A stretch of 64,000 nt of DNA from Marinicella sp. (GCA_965230295.1 OZ246001.1:2848001-2912000); one strand, 5' to 3'; shown: positions 48,379-59,145, counted from the first letter of the stretch. Numbers and translations are program-made. Notes: generated by a model from the sequence alone, not told the origin.

Positions 48379-48668
48379 TTTTTTGACCGCACACAACCCT
48401 TCTGACAAGCAATAGCTCGCCAATCAGGGCTGTGATTCGAGCTGAAATCAGCCCTCAATTCACCATTGCAGGGTAAAAGACCAACGGGGGGATTAAGTGT
48501 AAAAAAATGCAAAGTTTTTCTGGATCTGGAAAGCAGAGAGTAAGTATGGATTTTAACCTTGAATGGATGGGTATTCTCTTGTTTACTGAGGGATGAGTCA
48601 CAGAATCTGTTCACCACTCGATCACAAGTAAATCGGTCATGTATAATTGAGTGGTAGTGAGTTAATCT

Positions 48669-50405
48669 GTGGGCATGAATCAAGCGGTGGGTAAAAGAAC
48701 TTTCAAAGCGATCCATATCTATGTGGCAGGCATTTTGTTGTTGGCAATTGCTTATGGTTTTTTGCGCATTGGTGATGATTTCAGTTTGCCGGATTTGACC
48801 ACTTGGGTGTTGGGTACGACCAGCATGCTACTGGTTTGGCAGTGCGGTGTACGGATGCCTTATTTGGGCATGATTTCGATGGAGCGCCTGGTGCAATTTC
48901 ATTTGCTGTTAACCATGCCCATTTCCGAGACCCTGGCCATCACCACTGTGGCCAGTTTGATCATGCCATTCATCAATAAATCCTATCGGATGAATTCATA
49001 TCGGATTGCTGCGATCCGTGCCATCAACAACCTTTCCATGAATATAATCATGTTGCTGACTGGTTCATGGATTTTAAGCCACTGGCTATCCATACCATTG
49101 ACTGTGTTAGATGCTGAAGCCATTTATGTCATAGCTGGTGCCGCATTGGTAATGCAGGTGATCAACATTGGTATGATCTTTATTTATTTTTCTTTTGATA
49201 AAAAGAAAATCTCTAAATTGTTCACTCCGGCCTATATATTTGCGGATCTGGTTTTTGTCCCGGCGGGTGTGTTATCGGCTTTGTTGTGGATGACTGTTCC
49301 CATGGAAATGTTTATTCTGTTTGCCTTGTTTATGGTTGTATTGTTGGTCAGTTTTCATGGATTCAATCAAAAAACTGAAGACAGCGGTCCCATCACTTTA
49401 CACAAAGGCACCGAATACCCCACCAGTTTCCTGGACATCAATCATGTGGCCTCAGCCATCCATTCTCGCTGTGATCATTTATTTAACTGTCAGGCCATCT
49501 TTTTGATTGAAAAAGATGGCAAAGAAGGCAACACGCATTTCCTATTGAATGTTAATAACACCAACATCCCTGATTTAGATGAATTCGCAGAACAATTAGA
49601 CACCTTGCAAGATGCCGAGTTGGGTCAACAGTTTGTGGGGGAGTATCCGATTGATTTCATGGTGGCACAGTTTGTGGATCATGATGGGGTGTTTGCCCGG
49701 ATGGTGTTGATCAGGGACAACCAAGTACCTTACACCAATCCTGATTTGAATTTATTGCGATTATTTGTGCAGCGATATAGGCCCGGTTTGTCCTATGCGT
49801 TGACCTTTGCCAAACTGTCTGAATACAAGAGCAATCTGGAAGAGAAAGTTGCTGAGCGGACCCAGCAATTGGAAAACGCCAACCGTGAAAAGAGTGACTT
49901 GGTCAATAAACTGAAAATGATATCCAATTCGGATGCACTGACTCAGTTGTATAACCGCCGCTTTTTTGATTCGATGATCAAACATTTTTCAGCCCAACCG
50001 CCACCCTATTTATCACTGGCCATTTTGGATATTGACCACTTCAAGCGGATCAATGACAGTTTTGGTCATGAGGTTGGTGATCAAGTACTGAAAACCATTG
50101 CCCATGTCATCAAATCTTGGTCAAGTGAGGGGGTCACATTGGTGCGGTATGGTGGTGAAGAATTTGTCATCGTCTTGAAAAATTGCCAGCTTGAACAAGC
50201 CACAGCGATGTTGCATCAATTGTTGTTGGATGTATCAAGTTTTGATTGGTCAACGTTGGCTTTGAATCAGACAGTAACAGTCAGTATTGGCTTAGCGGGT
50301 TACCCTGGAACGGCGGTGACTGATTTGTTCGAACAGGCCGATGCGGCCTTGTATCGCGCCAAGGCCAATGGTCGCAATCAAGTTCAAGTGCACAGTAACA
50401 AATAA
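48669..50405 (+). CDS. Membrane-bound diguanylate cyclase (GGDEF)
   Basis: Multi-TM N-terminus; DALTQLYNRR, DIDHFKRIND, RYGGEEF, ADAALYRAK. Confidence 0.9.
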   Translation: MGMNQAVGKRTFKAIHIYVAGILLLAIAYGFLRIGDDFSLPDLTTWVLGTTSMLLVWQCGVRMPYLGMISMERLVQFHLLLTMPISETLAITTVASLIMPFINKSYRMNSYRIAAIRAINNLSMNIIMLLTGSWILSHWLSIPLTVLDAEAIYVIAGAALVMQVINIGMIFIYFSFDKKKISKLFTPAYIFADLVFVPAGVLSALLWMTVPMEMFILFALFMVVLLVSFHGFNQKTEDSGPITLHKGTEYPTSFLDINHVASAIHSRCDHLFNCQAIFLIEKDGKEGNTHFLLNVNNTNIPDLDEFAEQLDTLQDAELGQQFVGEYPIDFMVAQFVDHDGVFARMVLIRDNQVPYTNPDLNLLRLFVQRYRPGLSYALTFAKLSEYKSNLEEKVAERTQQLENANREKSDLVNKLKMISNSDALTQLYNRRFFDSMIKHFSAQPPPYLSLAILDIDHFKRINDSFGHEVGDQVLKTIAHVIKSWSSEGVTLVRYGGEEFVIVLKNCQLEQATAMLHQLLLDVSSFDWSTLALNQTVTVSIGLAGYPGTAVTDLFEQADAALYRAKANGRNQVQVHSNK

Positions 50406-50497
50406 ACTTTTATGTGTTGCAGGCTTCGACTCCTGCCAGTCTTGAGTCTGCCGAAGGGCTCAGCCAACGGAAAGTATGGTTTTGACTCAGAAGAATA

Positions 50498-50589
50498 TGT
50501 CATTGCGAGGGAGGGACGACCGCGGCAATCTCATGAATCTGGCTAACTTGTAAGGAGATTGCCACGTCGCTACGCTCCTCGCAATGACA
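50498..50589. repeat. REP/RPE-like palindromic doublet
   Basis: tgtcattgcgaggag...ggcaatctc ... gagattgcc...ctcctcgcaatgaca between convergent genes. Confidence 0.8.
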
Positions 50590-50590
50590 A

Positions 50591-51457
50591 TCAATTCAAA
50601 GCAATCATCGCCTTGGCGGTAGCCGCTGTGCGGTTATTGACTTCGAGTTTGCGGTAAATTTGTTCCAAATGTTTGTTCACAGTGCGTTCGCTGATGTTGA
50701 GAATCTGGGCGATTTCCCAATCGGTTTTGCCTTTCGCTACCCAGAACAACACTTCCGCTTCGCGGCGGGTGATTTTGAGTTTGTTCTTCAGGGTTTGGGT
50801 TTCCAACTTTAAATTGTGGGCTTTGAATTTGAGCAGGTGTGAGCCATCGGTCTGTGGTGATACATAACTGATGATCAGGGTGGTTGACCCTTGTTGTACT
50901 TCCATGGTGTCGTCAACTTCAGCCTGTCTGAGCCAATCCAATAACTGTGTATGCTCTTTGCTGCTGAAAGAATCGATAAAGGTTTGTGCCTGATCGGTGG
51001 TCCAAATTTGCTGGCCCTTCGAGTTAACGGCAGCCATATGCTGGCCGGTTGAATCCAGGGCCAGTTTGGTACTGTTGGTCAGTTTGGCGTTGTTGATGTG
51101 TACTTCAACCCGTGCCAATAATTCTGAGTGATCCAATGGTTTAACCAGATAGTCAACGGCACCCGAAGACAAGCCTTTGACAATGTGCTCGGTTTCGCTC
51201 AAACCCGTCATGAATATGATCGGTAAATCCGGATGCGATTGCTTCATCAATTCACAGGTGGCAAAACCATCCATTTCCGGCATGATGGCATCCAGTAACA
51301 CCAGGTGTGGCGTGGCCTTTTCCAGTATATTCAATGCAGTGGCTCCGCTGTTGGCCACCAATACGGTGTAGGATTGTTCGCTCAGGGTTTGGTACAGCAA
51401 GCTCAGATTATCGGTGTTGTCATCAACGGCTAATATGATTTGGTTAAGCGGTTTCAT
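50591..51457 (-). CDS. Response regulator, REC + LuxR-type HTH
   Basis: AVDD, LLDAIMPEMDG, KP; C-terminal TRREAEVLFWVAKGKTDWEIA...TVNKHLEQIY. Confidence 0.92.
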   Translation of the reverse strand: MKPLNQIILAVDDNTDNLSLLYQTLSEQSYTVLVANSGATALNILEKATPHLVLLDAIMPEMDGFATCELMKQSHPDLPIIFMTGLSETEHIVKGLSSGAVDYLVKPLDHSELLARVEVHINNAKLTNSTKLALDSTGQHMAAVNSKGQQIWTTDQAQTFIDSFSSKEHTQLLDWLRQAEVDDTMEVQQGSTTLIISYVSPQTDGSHLLKFKAHNLKLETQTLKNKLKITRREAEVLFWVAKGKTDWEIAQILNISERTVNKHLEQIYRKLEVNNRTAATAKAMIALN

Positions 51458-52985
51458 GCTGAATCAGTTGCTTGAATATGTTGAGGTTGGCATGTTTGAC
51501 GGGTTTAAGTAAATGTAAGTAGTCAGCTTCTATCAGGTGTTCGTCAGCATACAATTGTTGTAGGTAATTTTCAATGCCATTGATGTGACCAATTTCGACC
51601 ATGTTGAGCAAGGCGGTGATGTGTTCATTGGTCAAAGTCAGTTGTAATTCATTGGTTTCATGTTTGGGTGTAAGTGAAGCTTGTTGCCAGCCGAGGTTTA
51701 ACAGCTCATTCAATTGGTTCAAAAGCTGGTTGATTTTGATGGGCTTGGTGAGGTAGGCATCATGTGGCTGGTGTTGGTTAGATTCCATGTCTCTGGGGTT
51801 GGCAGACAACATCATGATTTGGGTGGTTGGTGATTGTTGCTTAAGCCACTTCGCCAGTTGCCACCCGGACATGCCTGGCATGGATACGTCGAGGATGGCC
51901 AGGTCAACCACTTCTTCATCAGTCAGCTTGTTGATGATGTGTTGCGCAGCTTTTCCTTGGTCTGCATGCAGTACATTGAATTCATAAGGCGAAAGAATAT
52001 TGGCGATCAGATCACGGTGTGACTGTTCATCATCAACCAATAGTAAGGTGTGTTGAGCACAGGATTCTATGGTTTGACTGTTTTGCTCTGAAGCGATGGA
52101 TGCGTTGCCCATGGCTTGGGTTGAGAGCATGATTTTGAAAATGAATTCGCTGCCATGGCCTGGTATGCTTTTGACCTGGATGTCACCGCCTAACAGATCA
52201 ACCAACAGTTGCGTGATGGACAAACCCAGACCTGTACCGGTGATGTGTTTTTGACCTTGTTCAATGCGCTCAAATGGTTTGAAGATGCGAGACAAGTCTT
52301 CGGTTTTGATGCCACATCCGCTGTCTTTGATAGTAAAAGAAGCCACTTGGTTGCGGTAGGAGGTGTTGAACTCAATCAACCCTTGATCGGTGAATTTAAT
52401 CGCGTTTGACAGTAAGTTAATCAGTATTTGTTGTAATCGTTTTTGATCCGTCTTTACCCGCTTGGGCATGTTTTCAGTAAGCTGGGTCACGAATTTAAGG
52501 CCCTTTTGCTCAGCTTGTGTTTTGAACATCAGGCTGAGGTTGTCTAATAATTCGTGCAAGTTGAAATCATCATATTGAACCTTCAGTTTGCCAGACTCAA
52601 TGGCTGAAAATTCCAGGATGCCTTCAATCAAATGAGCCAGGTGTTCACAATTGTGCCGCATCAAGCTGAATTTTTCTTTGTTGGGGTCGCTTTCACCGGC
52701 TTGGTTTTCCAGTAATTGGGCATAACCCATGATGACATTCAACGGGGTGCGCAATTCATGTGAAATGCCTGAAAGGTAACGGTTTTTGGCTTGGTTGGCT
52801 GCTTCGGCATCGGCTTTGGCAGTATCCAGCTGTTGCTGTTTGGTGGTCAGTTGTTGCAATTGATCTTGGGTGTTGATGATGACTTGATTGGCAGTTTTCA
52901 GTTTATGGTAAAGCCACCAAACAACGCCCATCAAAATAAAGGCAGTTAGCAACAAAGCAACAATGCTGAAGGGACTGGTCATCAT
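51444..52985 (-). CDS. Hybrid sensor histidine kinase (HisKA-HATPase-REC)
   Basis: SHELRTPL, NLLSNAIKFT, DSGCGI, GTGLGL, C-terminal REC; single N-terminal TM. Confidence 0.92.
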   Translation of the reverse strand: MMTSPFSIVALLLTAFILMGVVWWLYHKLKTANQVIINTQDQLQQLTTKQQQLDTAKADAEAANQAKNRYLSGISHELRTPLNVIMGYAQLLENQAGESDPNKEKFSLMRHNCEHLAHLIEGILEFSAIESGKLKVQYDDFNLHELLDNLSLMFKTQAEQKGLKFVTQLTENMPKRVKTDQKRLQQILINLLSNAIKFTDQGLIEFNTSYRNQVASFTIKDSGCGIKTEDLSRIFKPFERIEQGQKHITGTGLGLSITQLLVDLLGGDIQVKSIPGHGSEFIFKIMLSTQAMGNASIASEQNSQTIESCAQHTLLLVDDEQSHRDLIANILSPYEFNVLHADQGKAAQHIINKLTDEEVVDLAILDVSMPGMSGWQLAKWLKQQSPTTQIMMLSANPRDMESNQHQPHDAYLTKPIKINQLLNQLNELLNLGWQQASLTPKHETNELQLTLTNEHITALLNMVEIGHINGIENYLQQLYADEHLIEADYLHLLKPVKHANLNIFKQLIQHETA

Positions 52986-53207
52986 GCTGGTATATTAACA
53001 CCATCCCCACAACAGCTGCAGATAAAGTCATAAAAACCGACCTTCTGTGGGTGTTTAATTTTGCATGGCATAATTGATCATAATGAAGTCATAATTTAGT
53101 CATTTTTAACAGGCAAGATGAATTGTAAAACAGTATGGCGGAACATATAAAATGCATTGCTTATGTTATAATTTCCGCATAAATTCAATTTTGTTAGGAG
53201 AGAAACA

Positions 53208-54332
53208 ATGAAGAAAAAACTACTGGCTATATCCCTGTCTTGTTTGGCAGGTGCAGCCTTGGCCAATGACCATGATGACCGTTGGATGCTGTCACCCAGC
53301 TTGATTTTTACAGCTGCAGATGGTGCTAAGAATGTTGAAGATGACTTTGGTTTTGGTTTGGGGCTGGGTAAATTCCTGAATGAAAAATGGTCACTTGACT
53401 TCGAATTGGACTCTACAAATTTTGATGACAAGAACAGCAGCGGATCGATAGACCAGACTGGTTTGGGTTTGATGGCCAGGTATCATTTCAATACCGATGA
53501 CAGCATGCGTCCATTTCTGGGAGTGGGGGCAGGTTATTTGGATCACAATGGCAGTGGCGCTGCCCGGGGAGTTGATTCATCTGACTTCATGTTGAACTTG
53601 AGTGCAGGTTTGCGCAAAAACATCAACGAGCGTGTGGGCTTCATCACTGAAATTAAATACCGCTTGGATACCGATGATTACGTTGGTACCAACAGCAGTT
53701 ATGACGACTACTTGTTCAGTATGGGGTTGAACATCGCATTGGGTGCCGCCAAATCTGCACCTGAAGCGGCGGCTCCACTGGTTGAACCAGCACCTCAGTT
53801 AGATTCTGATGGTGATGGTGTCAGTGACCAAAACGATCGTTGTCCTGATACACCTGCTGGTTTGAAGGTAAATGCCCAAGGTTGTCATGACCATGATCAC
53901 GACAAAGATGGGGTGATGAACGTTAAAGACAAATGTCCTGATTCCAGCCCTGGAGCTGTGGTCAATGCAGATGGTTGTGAAGAAGCGGCACAAGTGGTGA
54001 TTGAACTACAAGGTGTGTACTTTGATTTAGACAAAGCGACTTTGAAACCTGAATCCATTGCGATCTTAGATGCGGCTGTTAAAACCATGGGTGCACACGG
54101 TACTTTGGTGGTTGAAGTGGCTGGTCATACCGACTCAAGTGCCTCAGAAGCTTACAACCAAAATTTATCTGAACGTCGTGCCAAAGTGGTATATGACTAC
54201 TTGGTTGATCAAGGCGTTGCCGCTGATCGCATGACTTGGAAAGGTTATGGTGAGTTGAATCCGATTGCCCCGAATGACACGGAAGAGGGTCGAGCGAAAA
54301 ACAGAAGAACTGAATTGGTCATTCAAGACTGA
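53208..54332 (+). CDS. OmpA/OprF-family outer membrane protein
   Basis: Signal peptide, beta-barrel, DSDGDGV..DRCP TSP3-like repeats, GHTD, NLSERRA, NRRTE. Confidence 0.93.
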   Translation: MKKKLLAISLSCLAGAALANDHDDRWMLSPSLIFTAADGAKNVEDDFGFGLGLGKFLNEKWSLDFELDSTNFDDKNSSGSIDQTGLGLMARYHFNTDDSMRPFLGVGAGYLDHNGSGAARGVDSSDFMLNLSAGLRKNINERVGFITEIKYRLDTDDYVGTNSSYDDYLFSMGLNIALGAAKSAPEAAAPLVEPAPQLDSDGDGVSDQNDRCPDTPAGLKVNAQGCHDHDHDKDGVMNVKDKCPDSSPGAVVNADGCEEAAQVVIELQGVYFDLDKATLKPESIAILDAAVKTMGAHGTLVVEVAGHTDSSASEAYNQNLSERRAKVVYDYLVDQGVAADRMTWKGYGELNPIAPNDTEEGRAKNRRTELVIQD

Positions 54333-54348
54333 TCAGTTCCTTTCAATC

Positions 54349-54380
54349 AAAAAAAGCCCGAGTTATTCGGGCTTTTTTTT
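54349..54380. terminator. Bidirectional terminator overlapping the comEC stop
   Basis: aaaaaaagcccga-gttat-tcgggcttttttt. Confidence 0.8.
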
Positions 54381-56624
54381 GCGCCAAATTCGAGGTTGGT
54401 CCTTGCGCAAGCTGTTGATTTTCAGTGCTGGAAAAGTCTGCAATGTGATTAAACCACTGGTTTGGGTATCGGTGATGGGCAGGCCTAACTGATGGTACCT
54501 TTCAACAACTGTTGCAGCAGGGTGGTTGAATGGATTGAATTGGCCAGAAGAATTGATCACCTGTTTTGGACTCACTGCAACAATAAAATCTTCAGTTGAT
54601 GATGTTTTGCTGCCATGGTGTGGCATCAACAGCACATCAGCGGTCAGTTCATCGTGTTGCATCTGTGACAGCCGATATTCTACCGGGGCTTCAATGTCGC
54701 CTGTCAGCAGTAAGCCAAGATTACTGGCCCTGATTTTCAACACACAGGAACTGTTGTTGTGCAAATACGGCGTTAAATTCAAAGGACTCAAAAAGCTGAA
54801 TTCAACCCCGTCCCAAGTCCATTTTTCACCAGCATAACAAGGTTGGTGTTGATTTTCTGTACCCCAGGTTTTAACCACTGGCATGGCTTTTTGGAACCGC
54901 TGTGCAGCACCAGAATGATCGTTGTCCTGATGAGAGAGGATCAAGGCATCTATCTGTTTGATGTGATGGTTTTGCAAAAATGGCAGCACAACGGCATCTG
55001 CCATATTAAAGCCACTGTCATAAGTCGCACCCACATCATAGACCATGGTGTGATTTTGGGTTTCAATCACCACTGAAAGCCCTTGCCCAACATCGAGGAA
55101 AGAGGCCTTGAAATGACCCTCGGGTGGTTTGTCTGTGGGAGAGAGTAGTCCAAGTAACACCAGTAACACCCCCCAATACCGTTGTGGTATTGCTTTGGGC
55201 AAGGTCAGTAACAAGGCGCCCATGATCAAAACCAAATACTGCCACCAATGATTGATGGCCAGTTGCAAGGTAACCTGGTCAAATTGGTTGAACCAGCTGA
55301 GCAGTGATAACAGGTGGCTACTGCAAATGTTGAGCAGTTTGACCAAAACTGCCGGAAATTCTTGCCACAAGCTGCCAGTCAATAACAACAACATCAACAA
55401 TGGGATCAATACAAAGGACATCAATGGAATCATGATTAAATTGACCATGGGTGACAACAAGTTGATTCTGGAAAAGAATGCCAAGCTTAGCGGCAGCATC
55501 CCAACCAACAAGGACAGTTGCATTTGCAGAAAAGTTTGGCTCTTGGCTTGCTTCATGGGACTGCCATTGAATGCCAGAATCAAGACAGCAACTGCAGTGA
55601 AAGAGAGCCAGAAACCACCATCAAGTACATTCAAAGGATCGATCAACATAACCAACAACAAACTCATTGACCAAACATCCCAGGCATAACTGGTTCGCCG
55701 ACTCATTTTAAAAAAGCCATAAACACCTAACATGATCAAAGCCCTTTGTGTGGCCACGGTGAATCCAGCCAACCCGGCATAAAAAGTAGCAAACAATAAA
55801 CCAAAAATGACTTGAATCACTGGTCTCGTGTGATTTTGTCGTGGCCACATAAAAAACACCAATCCACCAACTAACCACCCAAACATGGCCACCATACCAA
55901 TGTGTAATCCGGAGATGGCAATCAAATGTGCTGTGCCCGTGTTTTGGAACATCAGTCGACTCTGTTGATCAAAATGTGATTTATCACCAATTGATAAGGC
56001 ATGAATCAATGCATTGACCGGAGGATCGGTGAAATGCTGGTTGATTTCATTTGAGAACCAGGAGCGCCAAGGGTCAATCGATAAACCGTGGTTGGGTTTT
56101 TGTTTGTCTATCTGAACGGCAGTGATACTTCCGATGCCATCGATTCCATGCCGGAATAACCATTTTTCACGGTCAAAGCCGACACCATTGGCCATCCCAT
56201 GGGGTGGTTTTAGGTTGGCTGTGATGTTATATATCGCATTGGTTTGATAGTTAATGATTGGTCGAGAGCTGGTCAAATAATGATTCAGCAAATACCTGTG
56301 ACCAGTCACTGTGTCGGTACCGATGAAGCTGACTTTATTGGATGTGAATTTAGGTAAACCATCGATCCGAACATGGATGTCTTTGGTGGTCGGTGAAGGT
56401 AATTGTTGCTGTAGTTGAATATGACAAAACAGCAGGGCATACAACAAACCCGCTGATAGCCAAATCAGAGGCTTGACTGATTTGAATTTAAGGTGAATGG
56501 CTGTCAGTAAGACCAGGGCTGATGTCAGTGTGAGCAAACCAGGCACAGAAATTTCTTCAGGCAGCCACAAGATTTGTGCGGCGCCCAGCAAAAACAACAA
56601 GGCGTAAACAGGTTTAAAAATCAA
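54363..56624 (-). CDS. comEC: DNA internalization competence protein ComEC/Rec2
   Basis: HLIAISGLHIG, GFWLSF, LDVGQG, SHQDNDHSG, LLTGDIE, PHHGSKTSS. Confidence 0.93.
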   Translation of the reverse strand: MIFKPVYALLFLLGAAQILWLPEEISVPGLLTLTSALVLLTAIHLKFKSVKPLIWLSAGLLYALLFCHIQLQQQLPSPTTKDIHVRIDGLPKFTSNKVSFIGTDTVTGHRYLLNHYLTSSRPIINYQTNAIYNITANLKPPHGMANGVGFDREKWLFRHGIDGIGSITAVQIDKQKPNHGLSIDPWRSWFSNEINQHFTDPPVNALIHALSIGDKSHFDQQSRLMFQNTGTAHLIAISGLHIGMVAMFGWLVGGLVFFMWPRQNHTRPVIQVIFGLLFATFYAGLAGFTVATQRALIMLGVYGFFKMSRRTSYAWDVWSMSLLLVMLIDPLNVLDGGFWLSFTAVAVLILAFNGSPMKQAKSQTFLQMQLSLLVGMLPLSLAFFSRINLLSPMVNLIMIPLMSFVLIPLLMLLLLTGSLWQEFPAVLVKLLNICSSHLLSLLSWFNQFDQVTLQLAINHWWQYLVLIMGALLLTLPKAIPQRYWGVLLVLLGLLSPTDKPPEGHFKASFLDVGQGLSVVIETQNHTMVYDVGATYDSGFNMADAVVLPFLQNHHIKQIDALILSHQDNDHSGAAQRFQKAMPVVKTWGTENQHQPCYAGEKWTWDGVEFSFLSPLNLTPYLHNNSSCVLKIRASNLGLLLTGDIEAPVEYRLSQMQHDELTADVLLMPHHGSKTSSTEDFIVAVSPKQVINSSGQFNPFNHPAATVVERYHQLGLPITDTQTSGLITLQTFPALKINSLRKDQPRIWRKKKPE

Positions 56625-56634
56625 TTTTTACTTT

Positions 56635-57321
56635 TTAAAGGACGTGTTCCAGGGTCCCATGGTTTAACAAATATTTTTTATGCATCTGGCTGGCAACTTT
56701 TTGGTCATGAGTTACCAACACCAATGCCGTGTTGTACTGTTCTTTTAAGTCAATGAATAACTGCATCACGGACGCAGCGGTGTCTTCATCCAGGTTGCCA
56801 GTGGGTTCATCGGCCAAGATGCAGGCTGGTTGGGTGACCATGGCACGAGCAATGGCTGCTCTTTGTCTTTCTCCACCAGACAATTGAGCGGGGCGATGAG
56901 TCAGCCGATCTGACAGGCCCACTTGATCCAGTAATTCTTTGGCCTTGATTTTGGCTTCGGTTTTGGCTGTCTTACCGATCAACAAAGGCATCATGACGTT
57001 TTCCAATGCTGAAAATTCAGGCAACAGGTGATGGAATTGATACACAAAGCCCAGATGCCGGTTCCTTAATACGCCACGCTGTTTGTTGTTTAATGTGGAA
57101 AGTGCTTTGCCATTGATATGAATGTCGCCTTTGCTGGGCGAATCCAAACCACCCAGCAGGTGTAATAAAGTACTTTTACCGGTTCCGGATGCACCCATGA
57201 TGGCCACGGTTTCACCTGCTTCAATAGAAAAATTCAAATTTTCAAATATCTCAATGGTTTTTTCGCCATCTGTGAAGTGCTTGGCCAGATGCTCACAACT
57301 CAATACGATTGGATTACTCAT
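56635..57321 (-). CDS. lolD: Lipoprotein-releasing ABC transporter ATPase
   Basis: GASGTGKST, GFVYQFHHLL LolD motif, LSGGE, DEPTGNLD. Confidence 0.95.
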   Translation of the reverse strand: MSNPIVLSCEHLAKHFTDGEKTIEIFENLNFSIEAGETVAIMGASGTGKSTLLHLLGGLDSPSKGDIHINGKALSTLNNKQRGVLRNRHLGFVYQFHHLLPEFSALENVMMPLLIGKTAKTEAKIKAKELLDQVGLSDRLTHRPAQLSGGERQRAAIARAMVTQPACILADEPTGNLDEDTAASVMQLFIDLKEQYNTALVLVTHDQKVASQMHKKYLLNHGTLEHVL

Positions 57322-58558
57322 ACCTCAATGCCTCCGCTGGTTCTACCCGCGATGCACGCCATGCTGGGTATAAAGTTGCCAAGATTGAAAGGCCAAATGC
57401 AATACCAACTATGGTCACCACATCATAAGTTTGTAAATCGGCAGAAATCTCAGTGATGTAATAAACATCTTTGGATAAAAACTCAGTATTGAACCACCCT
57501 TCAAGTGTTTGAATGATGCTGTTGATATTGATGGCAAACAAGATGCCCAAAACTGTTCCAATGGTGGTGCCGATCAAACCAATTAAGGTGCCAGATACCA
57601 TAAATATGCCCATGATTTGGCTGCCTGACATGCCTAATGTGCGCAAAATGGCCACATCAGATTGCTTCTCTGTCACCAGCATCACCAATGTAGATAAAAT
57701 ATTGAATGCTGCCACTGCCACGATCATCGATAAAATGATGAACATCACCATGCGTTCGGTGCGGGTGGCCTTGAAAAAATTGACATGTTCTTGGGTCCAG
57801 TCACGGATGCGGTAAAACCCTTCCAAGTCTGGTGCCAATTCTCGAGCAATTTGTGGCGCTTGCATCAAGTCATCCACTTTGATCCTGACCCCTTCAGCTG
57901 AACCTTCAGGAATGCGCATGAGTTTTCTGGCATCTTCAAGGTGAATCAAAGCCATTTTGAAATCATATTCATACATACCCACTTCAAAGATCCCGCTAAC
58001 GGTAAACCGCTTAAGCCTGGGTGTCACTCCAACAGCAGTGGTTCTGAACTCAGGTACATACAATGTAACGGTGTCTCCAGGGATGACGCCCAAGTGGGCC
58101 GCCAGATCAATTCCTAAAATGATGTTGAATTCACCACTTTTGAGGTCATCTAAGACGCCATTTCGCATGGCATCTTGAAACTCAGTCACTTGAGTTTCTA
58201 ATTCTGGCAACACGCCTTGAATCAAAGCACCCTCTGTTCTGAATCCTTGAAGCATACCTTCTGTCTGGATATAAGGGGCTGCTCCAACGACTTTAGGGTT
58301 GTTCTTTACCTGATCAATGGCGTTTTTCCAGTCATCTAAATGTTCACCCTTAAAGGCTGAAATGGTGGCATGAGATACGGTACTGAGCATCCTTTGTTGG
58401 AATTCTTTGTTGAATCCATTCATCACCGAAATGACCACAATCACGGTCATGACCCCCAATGCAATGCCAGCCATTGAGATCAACGAAATAAACGAAATGA
58501 AATGGTTTTTTCGTTTGGCTTTGGTGTATCTGAGTCCAATAAATAAGGGTAAGTTCAT
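57314..58558 (-). CDS. lolE: Lipoprotein-releasing ABC transporter permease (LolC/E family; only copy at this locus)
   Basis: FISFISLIS, SVMNGF, AILRTLG, YPAWRASRVEPAEALRYE. Confidence 0.9.
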   Translation of the reverse strand: MNLPLFIGLRYTKAKRKNHFISFISLISMAGIALGVMTVIVVISVMNGFNKEFQQRMLSTVSHATISAFKGEHLDDWKNAIDQVKNNPKVVGAAPYIQTEGMLQGFRTEGALIQGVLPELETQVTEFQDAMRNGVLDDLKSGEFNIILGIDLAAHLGVIPGDTVTLYVPEFRTTAVGVTPRLKRFTVSGIFEVGMYEYDFKMALIHLEDARKLMRIPEGSAEGVRIKVDDLMQAPQIARELAPDLEGFYRIRDWTQEHVNFFKATRTERMVMFIILSMIVAVAAFNILSTLVMLVTEKQSDVAILRTLGMSGSQIMGIFMVSGTLIGLIGTTIGTVLGILFAININSIIQTLEGWFNTEFLSKDVYYITEISADLQTYDVVTIVGIAFGLSILATLYPAWRASRVEPAEALRYE

Positions 58559-58662
58559 AAACAGTTCCACTGAATCAGCTGTATTGTGGCCTAAACAGCC
58601 TATAGACTCAATGTATTAATAAAAGTTTTGTTGGCAGGTTCCATTTGTAAATCAATGGGCAT

Positions 58663-58697
58663 AAAAAAAGCCGTTCACTGTTATGAGTGACGGCTTT
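58663..58697 (-). terminator. Rho-independent terminator
   Basis: aaaaaaagccgt...acggcttt downstream of the lipoprotein gene. Confidence 0.65.
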
Positions 58698-58719
58698 AAT
58701 TTTTGGTGAGAAGATGAGG

Positions 58720-59145
58720 TCAGTTATCTGTATCGTCATCTTCAACCAAATCTTCGGCTTTGTCCTGGGCGGCATCGACCATATCTTCGGCCTTGTCCTG
58801 TGCCGCATCAACCAATTCATCTGCTTTTTCCGAGGCGGCATCAACCACATCTTCAGCTTGGTTCTTGACAGCATCTACCACGTCCGCTGTTTTATCGACC
58901 CCATCCTCGTACAATTCATCGACTTGATCTGCCATAGCTTTCCCGGCTTCAGCGGCGTCTTGAACACCAGACTCAACGGCATCGCTGATCGCATCTACTT
59001 GCTGTTCTGTCTTGTCAGCTACTTTTTGCATTTCTGTTTTGGTTTTTTCCATGGCTGTGTCATTAGACTTGGCAGCCTCTTCACCACAGGCTGATAAGCC
59101 CAAAATCACCACACTACTGATCATTAAATATTTTATTAATTGCAT
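58720..59145 (-). CDS. Acidic lipoprotein with 11-aa LEA-like repeats
   Basis: GAGGAG RBS; lipobox LSA-C; VDAAQDKAED-type 11-mers. Confidence 0.8.
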   Translation of the reverse strand: MQLIKYLMISSVVILGLSACGEEAAKSNDTAMEKTKTEMQKVADKTEQQVDAISDAVESGVQDAAEAGKAMADQVDELYEDGVDKTADVVDAVKNQAEDVVDAASEKADELVDAAQDKAEDMVDAAQDKAEDLVEDDDTDN

